This document shows, piece by piece, positions 47,640 through 57,064 of a stretch of DNA of 64,000 nt. Positions within the stretch are counted from its first letter, which is position 1; each line of letters begins with the position of its first letter. Under the pieces are notes generated by a model, which saw only the letters and a list, made by a program, of their open reading frames with translations, did not search any database and was not told the DNA's origin. This DNA is from a virus (lineage: Duplodnaviria > Caudoviricetes): IMG/VR virus record IMGVR_UViG_2974791771_000001, positions 1 to 64,000 of that record. The stretch is one strand, 5' to 3'. The position numbers and the translations under genes are program-made.

Positions 47640-48499
47640 AGGTCGGCTCAATCTGCTCAGGAATCGGAGGGCTCGACCTCGCAGTAGAAACCTTCTTCGG
47701 GGCCGAACTCGCCTGGTACGCAGAGAATGCCGAAGCGCCAGCCAGAGTCATGGCCGAGCATTGGCCGGGGATCCCGAACCTGGGAGACATCACCACCAAA
47801 CGCTGGTGGGATGTGCCGCATGTCGACATCCTGTGCGGCGGCTACCCGTGCCAGCCGTTCTCCCAAGCCGGAAAGAAGAAGGGCGTCAATGACGAACGAC
47901 ACCTGTGGCCGCACATCCGGCAAGCAATTCGCTGGATTCGACCGACGTTCACGATCCTGGAAAACGTATCCGGGCACCGGAAAACAGGATTCGACACGGT
48001 TCTCGGGGACCTGGCCGAGGATGGGATGTACGCGAGATGGGTTAGCGTACGAGCTTCAGACATCGGCGCTCCACACGGACGAGACCGTGTATTTCTCGTC
48101 GCCGCAACCGAAGGTGCATGGGCGGCCCAAGCTGTTCCCGACACCAAGGTCAGCGGACGCTATAGCTGGCCCGGACTTCTCCCGCGCCAACAGGCCGAAC
48201 AGCGGAGGCGACGATCTGGTTACGGTGATAGCTCGACTGTCGATTGGGGAGTTTACGAACCCGCAATAAGACATTGGGAGTCGTGGCATGGTCCCGCCCC
48301 AATGCCAGGCGAACCCGGCAAGGGCAACCGTCCGCGCCTCATCCCGCAGTTCGAAGAGTGGATGATGGGCTTCCCTCCCGGCTGGGTGACCGGCATGAAC
48401 ATTGGGCGTCCTGATGCGTTGCGCGCGTTCGGGAATGCTGTGTGCCCTCCGCAGGCTGTGCACGCCTTGCATCTGCTGTTCAGTGAGGGGTGGCCGTGA
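47636..48499 (+). CDS. DNA cytosine-5 methyltransferase
   Basis: SICSGIGG, GGYPCQPFS, ENV, RDRVF, GNAV. Confidence 0.92.
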   Translation: MKVGSICSGIGGLDLAVETFFGAELAWYAENAEAPARVMAEHWPGIPNLGDITTKRWWDVPHVDILCGGYPCQPFSQAGKKKGVNDERHLWPHIRQAIRWIRPTFTILENVSGHRKTGFDTVLGDLAEDGMYARWVSVRASDIGAPHGRDRVFLVAATEGAWAAQAVPDTKVSGRYSWPGLLPRQQAEQRRRRSGYGDSSTVDWGVYEPAIRHWESWHGPAPMPGEPGKGNRPRLIPQFEEWMMGFPPGWVTGMNIGRPDALRAFGNAVCPPQAVHALHLLFSEGWP

Positions 48500-48996
48500 G
48501 CGAAGTGTTCGTGGCCGGTGAACCGGCACCGCAGGGCAGCAAGCAAGCCTACGTGCGGGGTGGTCGAGCAGTCCTTGTCGAAGCGTCAAAGAAGCTGATG
48601 CCGTGGCGGAAACATGTTGCGACGGTGTTCGGCGAGTTCTGGGATCGAGGCCCGATTGAGGGTGGCGTGCGAGCAGACATTGAGTTTGTGATGCCGCGCC
48701 CGAAGTCGTTGCCGAAGACGAAGCCCACTCCCCCTGCCATCAAGAGACCGGATGTTGACAAGCTGGTCCGCGCGATCTTCGACGCCATCACTGGCCGTGC
48801 GTTTCTTGATGATTCGCAGGTGGTGGATATGCGGGTGTTGAAGCGTGTTGCGGAGCTGGATGAACCGTCTGGTGTCTTCATAGAAGTGAAGGAAACTGGT
48901 GCAGTACCGCGACGGGCACGACCCGTATCAAGCTCCGGACGGGATGCCTCTGCGCTTGTCGCATTGGAATCTGGTTCAGCTCTGGGAGTCTCGTAG
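48496..48996 (+). CDS. rusA: RusA-like Holliday junction resolvase
   Basis: PAPQGSK, PDVDKLVRAIFDAI, DDSQVV. Confidence 0.9.
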   Translation: MSEVFVAGEPAPQGSKQAYVRGGRAVLVEASKKLMPWRKHVATVFGEFWDRGPIEGGVRADIEFVMPRPKSLPKTKPTPPAIKRPDVDKLVRAIFDAITGRAFLDDSQVVDMRVLKRVAELDEPSGVFIEVKETGAVPRRARPVSSSGRDASALVALESGSALGVS

Positions 48997-49594
48997 GAAA
49001 CACCGCGAGAAGATCACCGACTGGATGACGCACAAGCCAGCGGTTGACGAGATCGAACTACCCGAAGATGTCACCGAGAAACTGACCAGGCTCGCCGCAC
49101 AGAACTCCCGCCGGCCTGACGCCGTGGAGCTGATCCGGCAAGTCCCGTATGTCATTGCGTGGCTGAGGGAATCGATGGTGACGGGTTCGCATCCGGGCGG
49201 CGAAGAGGACATCAAGTCCACGTCGGGGCCTTCTTCTCGACCGCCGTTCCGGGTGGCGTTCATGTCTGCTGCTGACCGTGAGGCTGCTGCTCTCGTGCAC
49301 TGGTGTTACGAGTGCGGGGTTGAGGTCCGCAATCCCTTGTACATGGTTGCCGGGTCGATTCGTGGTGTGTCGCCACGTGATCCAGCTTCCCCGGTGATGG
49401 TGATGGCCGAAGAGTTGGCCGACGCTATCGCGAGGTGGGGTGCCCCTGAGGGTATCTACACCGATCCTGAGTTCGGCTTGTGGGCGATTAGGTCTGCCCA
49501 CTATGGCATTTGGCCTGAGCTGGGCTCTCTGTTCACGAAGGAACCGGACGTTCCGGATCCTGATGTTGAGGTTGAACCGGAAGGCTTGTTCTGA
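48899..49594 (+). CDS. Hypothetical protein
   Basis: 231-aa ORF overlapping the rusA tail. Confidence 0.65.
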   Translation: MQYRDGHDPYQAPDGMPLRLSHWNLVQLWESRRKHREKITDWMTHKPAVDEIELPEDVTEKLTRLAAQNSRRPDAVELIRQVPYVIAWLRESMVTGSHPGGEEDIKSTSGPSSRPPFRVAFMSAADREAAALVHWCYECGVEVRNPLYMVAGSIRGVSPRDPASPVMVMAEELADAIARWGAPEGIYTDPEFGLWAIRSAHYGIWPELGSLFTKEPDVPDPDVEVEPEGLF

Positions 49595-50031
49595 TGAAGA
49601 AAACTGTTGCGGCGGTGTTGATTGCTGCGGTGGCCGGGTTGGGCTTGACGGCCTGCCACAGTGACGATGATTACGAGGATGTGAGCGCGGTCTGCGTCGA
49701 TCCCGCCACGAACGTCCGTCTCGATGATGACGAGTGTGACGACGATGATGGCCCTTCGGTGTGGTGGTACTACGGTGCCGGTGCTGCTGTTCCGGCTGTC
49801 GGGTATGCGGTGGCGAAGAACTCGGGGTCGTTCAAAAAACCTGCTCGTGCTCACATCCGGAAGGTGCCGCGCGTGGGTCAGGCGAAGCCTTCGGTGGTGA
49901 AGCCGCGTACGGCGTCGGCTCCGAAGCCCACGCAGAACAACAAGTCGTGGTTCGGTTCCAAGTCTTCGGGTTCGGGTTCGAAGTCGTCTTCTTCGGGTTC
50001 TCGGTCGGGAGGGTTCTCGCGTGGCCGCTGA
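49594..50031 (+). CDS. Lipoprotein with Ser/Gly-rich basic tail
   Basis: Lipobox LTAC; SSGSGSKSSSSGSRSGGFSRG. Confidence 0.75.
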   Translation: MKKTVAAVLIAAVAGLGLTACHSDDDYEDVSAVCVDPATNVRLDDDECDDDDGPSVWWYYGAGAAVPAVGYAVAKNSGSFKKPARAHIRKVPRVGQAKPSVVKPRTASAPKPTQNNKSWFGSKSSGSGSKSSSSGSRSGGFSRGR

Positions 50032-50941
50032 GCTAGTTGCCATGCGGGGCCTCCCCGCGTCAGGGAAGACCACCCGTGCACGGCAGATCGCGAAAGAGAC
50101 CGGCGCTGTTGTTGTGGGCCGGGACTTCGAACGCTTCCAGATGTTCGGCGAGTGGTGGACGGGCAAGCCTGAGCATGAGGATGCTGTCACGGTCGCCCTG
50201 AATGCCAAGGTGCGAGCCTTGCTGAAGGCGAATCAATCTGTGGTGGTTGACAACACGCACATTCAGGTCAGGTACCTGAAGGATTGGGCGAAGGTCGCTT
50301 CGGAGTGCGGGGCCACGTTCCGGATCGAAGATGTGAAGACTCCGCAGGATGTGTGCGAGGAACGCGACTTCTGGCGGGAGGGCGCGGGTGAACGGTTCGT
50401 CGGCCCTGAGGTGATTGCCCGGATGGCGAAGCAGATCAACTGGGGAATACCGAAGCCGGTAGCGCCCATCGTCGTTGAGCCCGTTGACCACAAGGTTGCC
50501 GAAGAGCTGATGCTTCCCGGCGCGATCATCGTGGACATCGACGGCACGCTCGCGCACATGACTGGCCGTAGCCCGTACGACTACAGCCGCGTCGGCGAAG
50601 ATCGGGTTGACCCCACCATCGCCAGAATGGTCCGGGAGTACGAACAACTCGGCTACGACATCATCGCGTGCTCGGGCCGGGACGACGAGTGCCGCACCAT
50701 GACTGTCGCATGGCTGCTCGCCAACGACATCCCGTTCCACAAGCTGCTCATGCGGCCCACCGACGCCAAGGATGCCAACGGCAACAAACTGCCCGACTGG
50801 ATCGTCAAGTACAACCTGTTCAACGAGAATGTGCGCGGCAAGTACGACGTGGAATTCGTTCTCGATGACCGCAACCAGGTTGTGGACATGTGGCGCAAGC
50901 TCGGCCTGAAGTGCTTGCAGGTTGCTCCCGGCGACTTCTGA
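50021..50941 (+). CDS. pnk: Polynucleotide 5'-kinase/3'-phosphatase (T4 PseT-like)
   Basis: P-loop GLPASGKTT; HAD DIDGT, SGR, DDR. Confidence 0.92.
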   Translation: MAAELVAMRGLPASGKTTRARQIAKETGAVVVGRDFERFQMFGEWWTGKPEHEDAVTVALNAKVRALLKANQSVVVDNTHIQVRYLKDWAKVASECGATFRIEDVKTPQDVCEERDFWREGAGERFVGPEVIARMAKQINWGIPKPVAPIVVEPVDHKVAEELMLPGAIIVDIDGTLAHMTGRSPYDYSRVGEDRVDPTIARMVREYEQLGYDIIACSGRDDECRTMTVAWLLANDIPFHKLLMRPTDAKDANGNKLPDWIVKYNLFNENVRGKYDVEFVLDDRNQVVDMWRKLGLKCLQVAPGDF

Positions 50942-51111
50942 TGTACGTCCCACCTGATCGTCCAGCACTCGAATGCCAAGCGTGCGGAACGGTATTGCAA
51001 GCCCTCACAGATGAGCAGGCCGCTGATGTCGCGCTCAATCCGTACAACTACATCGCCTTCTGTGCTCCGTGTAAGCGCAAGGGCTATCACATAGAACCAG
51101 GATTTCAATGA
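50941..51111 (+). CDS. Small Zn-finger protein
   Basis: CQAC...CAPC. Confidence 0.6.
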   Translation: MYVPPDRPALECQACGTVLQALTDEQAADVALNPYNYIAFCAPCKRKGYHIEPGFQ

Positions 51112-52427
51112 CCAACAGTCTCTCTGTTGTCGGCAGCAGCAACTACGCCGCACAGATCGTCCGCGTCCCCGCCACCTACCCGCTCGAAGGTCTCGACAAC
51201 CTCGTGGGCATCAAGGTTTTCAACAGCCAAATCCTCACGCAGAAGAACGAAGTCGAAGCGGGAGACCTCCGCATCTACTTCCCCGCAGAGGTTCGACTCT
51301 CCGACAAGTACCTGTCGGTCAACAACCTGTTCCGGGATCCGTTGCTCAACCGGGACAGCAAGGCCGCACCCGGCTACTTCGAAACCAACGGTCGAGTCAA
51401 GGCGATCAAGCTGCGCGGGCACCGTTCCGACGGCCTGCTGATGCCGCTCGATTCCCTGCTCGCATTCGGCGTTCGCAGTGAGGATTTGGTTGAGGGTGCC
51501 GTGTTCGACACGGTGAACGGGATTGAGATTTCCCGCAAGTATGAGGTGAAGACCTCGACGCCGGCCGACCCTTCCGCGAAGAAGGTGAAGAAGGCGTTCA
51601 AGCGGGTCACCACGAAGGTGTTCCCTGAGCACATCGACACCGATAACTTCTTCCGCAACCAGCATTTGCTTGACCCGTCGCGCGAGGTCATCATCACCCA
51701 GAAGCTTCACGGCACGAGCATTCGTGTGGGTCGAGTCCCGGTGCTGCGGGAGATCGGTCTGGTGGAGCGCATCTTCAACAAGGTGGGTGGCCTGTTCGGC
51801 ATCTCCACGCCGACTCACGCCTACGAGGTGGTGTGCGGTTCGCGGAAGGTCATCAAGGATGTGACGAACCCTCGTAGCCAGCACTACTACGGCACGGACA
51901 TCTGGTCGCAGTACGGCATTCAGATCGGTGACCTGATCCCTGAGGGCTTCATTGTGTACGGCGAGCTGGTCGGTTGGACGCCGGACGGCAAGCCGATCCA
52001 GAAGAACTACACCTACGATCTGCCGGTTGGTAAGCGCGAGCTGTACGTGTACCGGGTGGCTCGTGTGGATGTGAATGGCACGATGACTGATCTGTCGTGG
52101 GATGCGGTGCGCGAGTTCTGCGTTGAGCGCGGCCTGAAGCATGTGCCTGAGCTGTACCGGATCATCGAAGAGGATGAACTGTTCGGCGACAAGCTCGAAG
52201 ACCACGTGACGGCCCTGATGGACATTGCGTTCACCGACTACGCGGAAGACAACGTGCATCGGGATCCGCTGGTGCCGCTGTCCGATCCGAACACGGTCGA
52301 TGAGGGTGTCTGCATCCGCCAGGAACGTTCCGTTCCGACGATCCTCAAGGCGAAGTCGCCTGCGTTCCTTGAGCACGAAACCAAGCAGCTCGACACGGGC
52401 GAGGCCGACCTCGAAAGCGCAGCCTGA
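51108..52427 (+). CDS. rnl: RNA ligase, Rnl2/DRB0094-like
   Basis: Motif I TQKLHGTS, III YGELVG, IV EGVCIR, V LKAKS; N-terminal OB/tRNA-binding-like domain. Confidence 0.9.
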   Translation: MTNSLSVVGSSNYAAQIVRVPATYPLEGLDNLVGIKVFNSQILTQKNEVEAGDLRIYFPAEVRLSDKYLSVNNLFRDPLLNRDSKAAPGYFETNGRVKAIKLRGHRSDGLLMPLDSLLAFGVRSEDLVEGAVFDTVNGIEISRKYEVKTSTPADPSAKKVKKAFKRVTTKVFPEHIDTDNFFRNQHLLDPSREVIITQKLHGTSIRVGRVPVLREIGLVERIFNKVGGLFGISTPTHAYEVVCGSRKVIKDVTNPRSQHYYGTDIWSQYGIQIGDLIPEGFIVYGELVGWTPDGKPIQKNYTYDLPVGKRELYVYRVARVDVNGTMTDLSWDAVREFCVERGLKHVPELYRIIEEDELFGDKLEDHVTALMDIAFTDYAEDNVHRDPLVPLSDPNTVDEGVCIRQERSVPTILKAKSPAFLEHETKQLDTGEADLESAA

Positions 52428-52619
52428 ATGCAGAACGGACAATCCCAGTGTTACGTCGCTTTCCCTAGCGAGCACTTCGATGTGGAGTCCTTGCGCTTCG
52501 CGTATGACCAGCTCATTGGCATGGGCGTCCCCAGAACCCGGAAGCTCACCATCGAATCTGTACCCAAGGTGGGCGATGAGATGTGTGACGGAATCGCATT
52601 TGTGGAGGTAGTTCCATGA
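52428..52619 (+). CDS. Hypothetical protein
   Basis: Coupled ORF. Confidence 0.55.
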   Translation: MQNGQSQCYVAFPSEHFDVESLRFAYDQLIGMGVPRTRKLTIESVPKVGDEMCDGIAFVEVVP

Positions 52620-53467
52620 CAGTTCATCTCTATGCAGCCGACCTCACCGACAGGTCGAAACCACTCATCAACGTGCAACGCTTCCAGTTCCCTGGCGGCG
52701 AACAGCACCTCCACATGCCCGCGCTCATCGACGGCCACAACTACGAATGGGTGGCCGTAGTCCGGGGTGCCGACGCCAACGAGCTGGTGGCCGCTGGCCT
52801 GCTCTCGGACATCGCCTACCAGCGCGGCGAACCCTCATCTCTCCTGTTGCCGTATCTTCCGGCTGCACGAGCTGATCGGGGCCAGCCGTTCGCGCTCGAC
52901 ACCTACGCGAATGTCATTGGTGCGCTGAACTTCGATGTGGTCACCACGCTCGACGTGCACAGTCAGGTCGGCATTGACATCGAGTTCGGGGACTCGTATC
53001 ACGTGCACCTGTCGGCCACTCCCCTCGTTCTTGCGGCGGTGGAGCATCAGGACAAGTTTGATGCGGTGATCGCGCCGGACGCTGGCGCTCTTGACCGTGC
53101 GCGGTCTGTGGCCCTGGCCCTGCGGGTGCCCGTGTACAGCGGCGTGAAGGAACGGGACTTCGCGACCGGGAAGCTCACCAGCTTCTACTACTCGGGTCCG
53201 ACCAACGGCAATTTCCTTGTGGTCGATGACATCTGTGATGGCGGCGGCACGTTCGCCGGTTTCGCTGCGGTGTCGGGGATCCCTCGCGAGAACCTGTCGT
53301 TGTGGATCACGCATGGCATCTTCTCGAAGGGGTCTGCGTCGAATCTGTTCCGCAATTACAAGGCTGTGTATACGACGGATTCGCATCCGGGTTCGGCGAA
53401 TCTTCATGCGACTGTTCGTGTGCCGGTTGTGCCGCACATGTGGAAGCACGTAGCAGGAGGTCTGTGA
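52616..53467 (+). CDS. Ribose-phosphate pyrophosphokinase-like protein (candidate Adps of NARP1)
   Basis: FPGGEQH, LPYLPAARADR, DVHS, APDAGA, VVDDICDGGGTF. Confidence 0.85.
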   Translation: MTVHLYAADLTDRSKPLINVQRFQFPGGEQHLHMPALIDGHNYEWVAVVRGADANELVAAGLLSDIAYQRGEPSSLLLPYLPAARADRGQPFALDTYANVIGALNFDVVTTLDVHSQVGIDIEFGDSYHVHLSATPLVLAAVEHQDKFDAVIAPDAGALDRARSVALALRVPVYSGVKERDFATGKLTSFYYSGPTNGNFLVVDDICDGGGTFAGFAAVSGIPRENLSLWITHGIFSKGSASNLFRNYKAVYTTDSHPGSANLHATVRVPVVPHMWKHVAGGL

Positions 53468-53685
53468 TGGGTCGGATGCAAGTCAAGGATGCGGAGTCCA
53501 CCAAGCGCGTTCTTTCTATGGCCGACGATCAGTCGAAGTTGATCCTAACGGAAACGCTGGGATCTGGCGTTGCGGTCATAGAGGTTGCCGGTAGTTCCTA
53601 CAGTGCGTACGCCAGCATTGTGCTCGACAAAGAGTCCGCAGTCATTCTCGGTGAACGCCTCATCGAATTCGGAAGCCAACCCTGA
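53467..53685 (+). CDS. Hypothetical protein between the PRS-like and Nampt-like genes
   Basis: TGATG coupling. Confidence 0.6.
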   Translation: MGRMQVKDAESTKRVLSMADDQSKLILTETLGSGVAVIEVAGSSYSAYASIVLDKESAVILGERLIEFGSQP

Positions 53686-53693
53686 AAGGGACC

Positions 53694-55169
53694 ATGACCA
53701 AGTTTGCGCCCGTAGCGGCACTCTTCCAAACCGACGCCTACAAGCTCGGCCACATCCAGCAATACCAGCTCGCCGGAAACGTCACCCGCGTCTACAGCAA
53801 CTACACCAACCGCAAGAGCCGCATCCCCGGCGTCGACAACGTGGTGCACTTCGGCCTTCAGGCGTTCATCCAGAAGAACCTCATGGAAGCGTTTGAGCCG
53901 TTCTTTGAGTCCGATGAGGATGTTGTTGCCGAACTGTACGAAGAGCGCGTAGCGAGCATCCTGGGGCCGAACACGATCGGTTCCGATCACATCCGCGCCC
54001 TGCACCGACTCGGCTACCTGCCGCTGCGGTTCTGCGCGGTCCCGGAAGGCACCCTCGTGCCCATCCGGATCCCCACATTCACGGTGGAAAACACTCTGCC
54101 TGAGTTCTTCTGGCTGACCAACTACATCGAGACCGCGTTGTCGGCTGGCGTGTGGCAGGCGAGCACGTCCGCAACCATCGCCCGCGAGTACCGACAGATC
54201 CTCGACGTTGCGGCATGGGAGACGGGCAGCAGTTTCGATGCTGTCGACTTCCAGGTCCACGACTTCAGCTACCGGGGGATGAGTTCGAATGAGTCTGCCC
54301 AGGTTTCGGGTGCGGCGCACCTTCTTTCGTTCTCCGGGACAGACTCTCTCGTCGCTCTCGATTGGATTGACCGCTACTACGGAGGTTCGGATTACGTTGC
54401 GGCGTCGGTCCCCGCGACAGAGCACAGTGTCATGTGCACCGGCATTGCCAAGCTCGGTGAACAGGATATGTTCGCCAAGCTTCTCGACCTGTATCCGACC
54501 GGCATTGTGTCCATCGTCTCGGACACCTTCGACCTGTGGCGGGTACTGACTGAGTACCTTCCCGCGCTGAAGGACAAGGTTCTCGCCCGCGACGGCAAGC
54601 TGGTGATCCGTCCGGACTCGGGCGACCCGCAGAAGATCATCTGTGGCGACCCGGACGCCCCTGAGGGCAGCAACGAGTACCTGGGCGTGATCGGTCTGCT
54701 GGATCGCGTGTTCGGCTCCACCCCGAACAAGCTGGGCTACTACGAGCTGGACTCGCACGTCGGCATCATTTACGGCGATTCGATCACAACGGAGCGCGCT
54801 CAGGCCATCGTTGACGATCTCGCTTCGCAGAACTACGCCAGCACCAACGTGGTGTTCGGCGTGGGCAGCTTCACTTACCAGTACAACACCCGCGACACCT
54901 TCGGCTCGGCGCTGAAGGCTACGTGGGCTGAGGTGGACGGTGAGGGCGTGAACCTGCTCAAGGACCCCATCACTGACGACGGCACGAAGAAGTCGGCTAC
55001 GGGCCGTCTGGCGGTCGATTTGGATGGTGATGGTGAGTGGACGCTGATTGAGAAGGCCAGCCAGGACGAAGAGGCACTGAGCCTGCTTCAGCCTGTGTGG
55101 GAGAACGGCGAGTTCGTCACGCGTCAGACCTTCCAGGACGTGAGGGAAACGCTCGCACTCTGGGGGTGA
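53694..55169 (+). CDS. Nicotinamide phosphoribosyltransferase-like protein (candidate Namat of NARP1)
   Basis: TDAYKLGH, HDFSYRG, ATEHSV, SIVSDTFD, RPDSGDP, YGDSIT, KKSATG. Confidence 0.92.
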   Translation: MTKFAPVAALFQTDAYKLGHIQQYQLAGNVTRVYSNYTNRKSRIPGVDNVVHFGLQAFIQKNLMEAFEPFFESDEDVVAELYEERVASILGPNTIGSDHIRALHRLGYLPLRFCAVPEGTLVPIRIPTFTVENTLPEFFWLTNYIETALSAGVWQASTSATIAREYRQILDVAAWETGSSFDAVDFQVHDFSYRGMSSNESAQVSGAAHLLSFSGTDSLVALDWIDRYYGGSDYVAASVPATEHSVMCTGIAKLGEQDMFAKLLDLYPTGIVSIVSDTFDLWRVLTEYLPALKDKVLARDGKLVIRPDSGDPQKIICGDPDAPEGSNEYLGVIGLLDRVFGSTPNKLGYYELDSHVGIIYGDSITTERAQAIVDDLASQNYASTNVVFGVGSFTYQYNTRDTFGSALKATWAEVDGEGVNLLKDPITDDGTKKSATGRLAVDLDGDGEWTLIEKASQDEEALSLLQPVWENGEFVTRQTFQDVRETLALWG

Positions 55170-55174
55170 CCTGA

Positions 55175-55561
55175 TTGGCGATCGACTACACCAAACCTGA
55201 GCGCACGAAAATCTCGTACAAGAAGATTCGTGTGCCGAACAGGTCGATGGCCCCACGCTTCGAGGCAATCAAGCCGTGCCCGAAGTGTGGGGCCTGGCGG
55301 GTCCACTGGATGCGTGAACCCAACCCGGATGTGCCCAACCTCGTCAACTTCTACGGCGAGTTTGTGTGCAGGGCCGACGATCCCGACGCTGAACGCATCA
55401 TCAAAGAGAACCGTCTTGAACGAGAGATAGTCGGGTGGGGAATGGTGCGCACAGTCCGCACAGTCTATGACGAGTCAGTCCGACCCGATCGTGACGACGA
55501 ACGCGGCTTCGAGGTGATCCGCCAATGCGTTGACTGCAAACACGAATGGGGAGAAATCTGA
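55175..55561 (+). CDS. Hypothetical Zn-ribbon protein
   Basis: CPKC..H, CVDC..W. Confidence 0.6.
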   Translation: MAIDYTKPERTKISYKKIRVPNRSMAPRFEAIKPCPKCGAWRVHWMREPNPDVPNLVNFYGEFVCRADDPDAERIIKENRLEREIVGWGMVRTVRTVYDESVRPDRDDERGFEVIRQCVDCKHEWGEI

Positions 55562-56391
55562 ACACAACCAGACAGATCGCATACGACAACCTGATGATGC
55601 TCGGCGTAGCCGGATCGCAGCTCTACGGCACCAACCTGGACAACGGCGACAACGACCAGATGGGCGTCTGCCTAGAGCCACCCGCCTACGTGACCGGCCT
55701 GTTCACCTTCGAGCAGTACCAGTACCATTCCGCCGGCAAGGATACTCGTTCCGGCGCAGACGATCTCGACCTCACTATCTACAGTCTGCGCAAGTGGGCG
55801 CGACTCGCAGCAGCAGGCAATCCCACGGTACTCCTGCTGGGTTTCACGCCGAAGCGACTCCTGCTGCACGACAGCGTGGATGGCCGAATCCTTCGAAACC
55901 ACATGGACAAGTTCATGTCCCGCCAAGCCGCAGGCAAGTTCTATGGCTACCTGGAATCGCAGCGCAAACAGATGCTCGGTCTCACCGGACGCAAGCACAG
56001 CAATCGTCCAGAACTCATCGAGCAGTACGGCTTCGACACCAAGTTCGCCTACCACGCAGTGCGACTCGGAATGCAAGGCGTCGAGTATCTGACCACCGGG
56101 CACATGACGCTGCCGATGCGCGACGAGGAACGCAACTACCTCATCGACATCCGGCAAGGCCGCGAGTCCTTCGAAGATGTGGTGACCGTCATCAACCTGT
56201 ACCAAGGGTTGCTGCTCAAACTGATGCGCTCCACTGATCTGCCGCCGCGTGCGGACTACGACTGGATCAACTCGTGGCTCACCGACACCTACATTACTCA
56301 CTGGGAACGCGAGGGGGTGGGTACTGACCTCTTGGCTAGACGAAGCTTCGGCAAGTCGATTCATAGGGCGTCACATCCGAACCCTGCGTAG
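55546..56391 (+). CDS. Pol-beta superfamily nucleotidyltransferase (RlaP/YcgL-like)
   Basis: GSQLYG..DNDQMG; GNPTVL; KFAYHAVRL. Confidence 0.85.
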   Translation: MGRNLNTTRQIAYDNLMMLGVAGSQLYGTNLDNGDNDQMGVCLEPPAYVTGLFTFEQYQYHSAGKDTRSGADDLDLTIYSLRKWARLAAAGNPTVLLLGFTPKRLLLHDSVDGRILRNHMDKFMSRQAAGKFYGYLESQRKQMLGLTGRKHSNRPELIEQYGFDTKFAYHAVRLGMQGVEYLTTGHMTLPMRDEERNYLIDIRQGRESFEDVVTVINLYQGLLLKLMRSTDLPPRADYDWINSWLTDTYITHWEREGVGTDLLARRSFGKSIHRASHPNPA

Positions 56392-56572
56392 ATGGCGGCA
56401 AGCACGGATCGTCGTGGCCCGCCACACCAAGTACGGCTACGAGTACGACAAGCAATCACTCCGTGCGGCGAAACTCCGCATGGCTCAACGCCGACTGATC
56501 GAGAAGGAAAACAACGGTGGACGACCATTCAAGTACGCCCCCAAGCCCGGAGACATGGATCCCCTCTTCTGA
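56249..56572 (+). CDS. MerR-like HTH protein (start uncertain, near 56320)
   Basis: ASRFIGRHIRTLRRWR..YEYDKQSL. Confidence 0.6.
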   Translation: MRTTTGSTRGSPTPTLLTGNARGWVLTSWLDEASASRFIGRHIRTLRRWRQARIVVARHTKYGYEYDKQSLRAAKLRMAQRRLIEKENNGGRPFKYAPKPGDMDPLF

Positions 56573-56717
56573 CTACGACCGTGCAGTGCACATTGTGGCC
56601 GAATCGGTCGCGGGTCGAGAGCCCACGGCCGACGATCTGAACCGGGCTGAGAAGCTGATCGCAGTGTTCTACAGTCTGGTGGAATCGCGGCTAATACCGT
56701 GTCCCCCCGGGGAGTAA
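56517..56717 (+). CDS. Hypothetical protein
   Basis: ORF track; start uncertain. Confidence 0.45.
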   Translation: MDDHSSTPPSPETWIPSSDYDRAVHIVAESVAGREPTADDLNRAEKLIAVFYSLVESRLIPCPPGE

Positions 56718-56780
56718 TGTTGTAAGTGAATCGGGGTTGAGAGAGCGCCCAAGACATTGAACGGCGTTCTTCACCCTGGA

Positions 56781-56847
56781 CTGATCGTCAGATGGGACAT
56801 CTGCAGAGGTTTTGTAGGGTGCGCGGGTTCGAGTCCCGCCGATCAGA
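56781..56847 (+). ncRNA. tRNA-like element without a canonical anticodon arm
   Basis: CTGATCG/CGATCAG 7-bp acceptor; GCGGG-TTCGAGT-CCCGC T arm; CAGATG/CATCTG hairpin. Confidence 0.6.
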
Positions 56848-56855
56848 CGGGCGCA

Positions 56856-56959
56856 GATGCGTAGATTGTGGTTACTTCACTAATTGGATATGCAGGTTCA
56901 AGTCCTGCCGTCGGGGTGTAAAGTTACCCGACGTTTGTTCCACGATCGACCAAGTTCAC
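56856..56959 (+). ncRNA. Y-RNA-like unit A1 (T-arm containing)
   Basis: GATGCGTAG..GTTACTTC 5' motif; GCAGG-TTCAAGT-CCTGC; CGTCGGG/CCCGACG; 3' CAAGTTCAC. Confidence 0.7.
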
Positions 56960-56979
56960 TCGCGCCAACAACCACCCCA

Positions 56980-57042
56980 GATGCGAAGGCTGCACAGTTA
57001 CTTCAATTGGATGAAACGCACACTGTGTGCCATCCAGTTCCC
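56980..57042 (+). ncRNA. Y-RNA-like unit B1 (short)
   Basis: GATGCGAAG..GTTACTTCAA..GATGAAAC..CAGTTCCC. Confidence 0.65.
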
Positions 57043-57064
57043 TGGGGTTACATCTTCACGTTCA

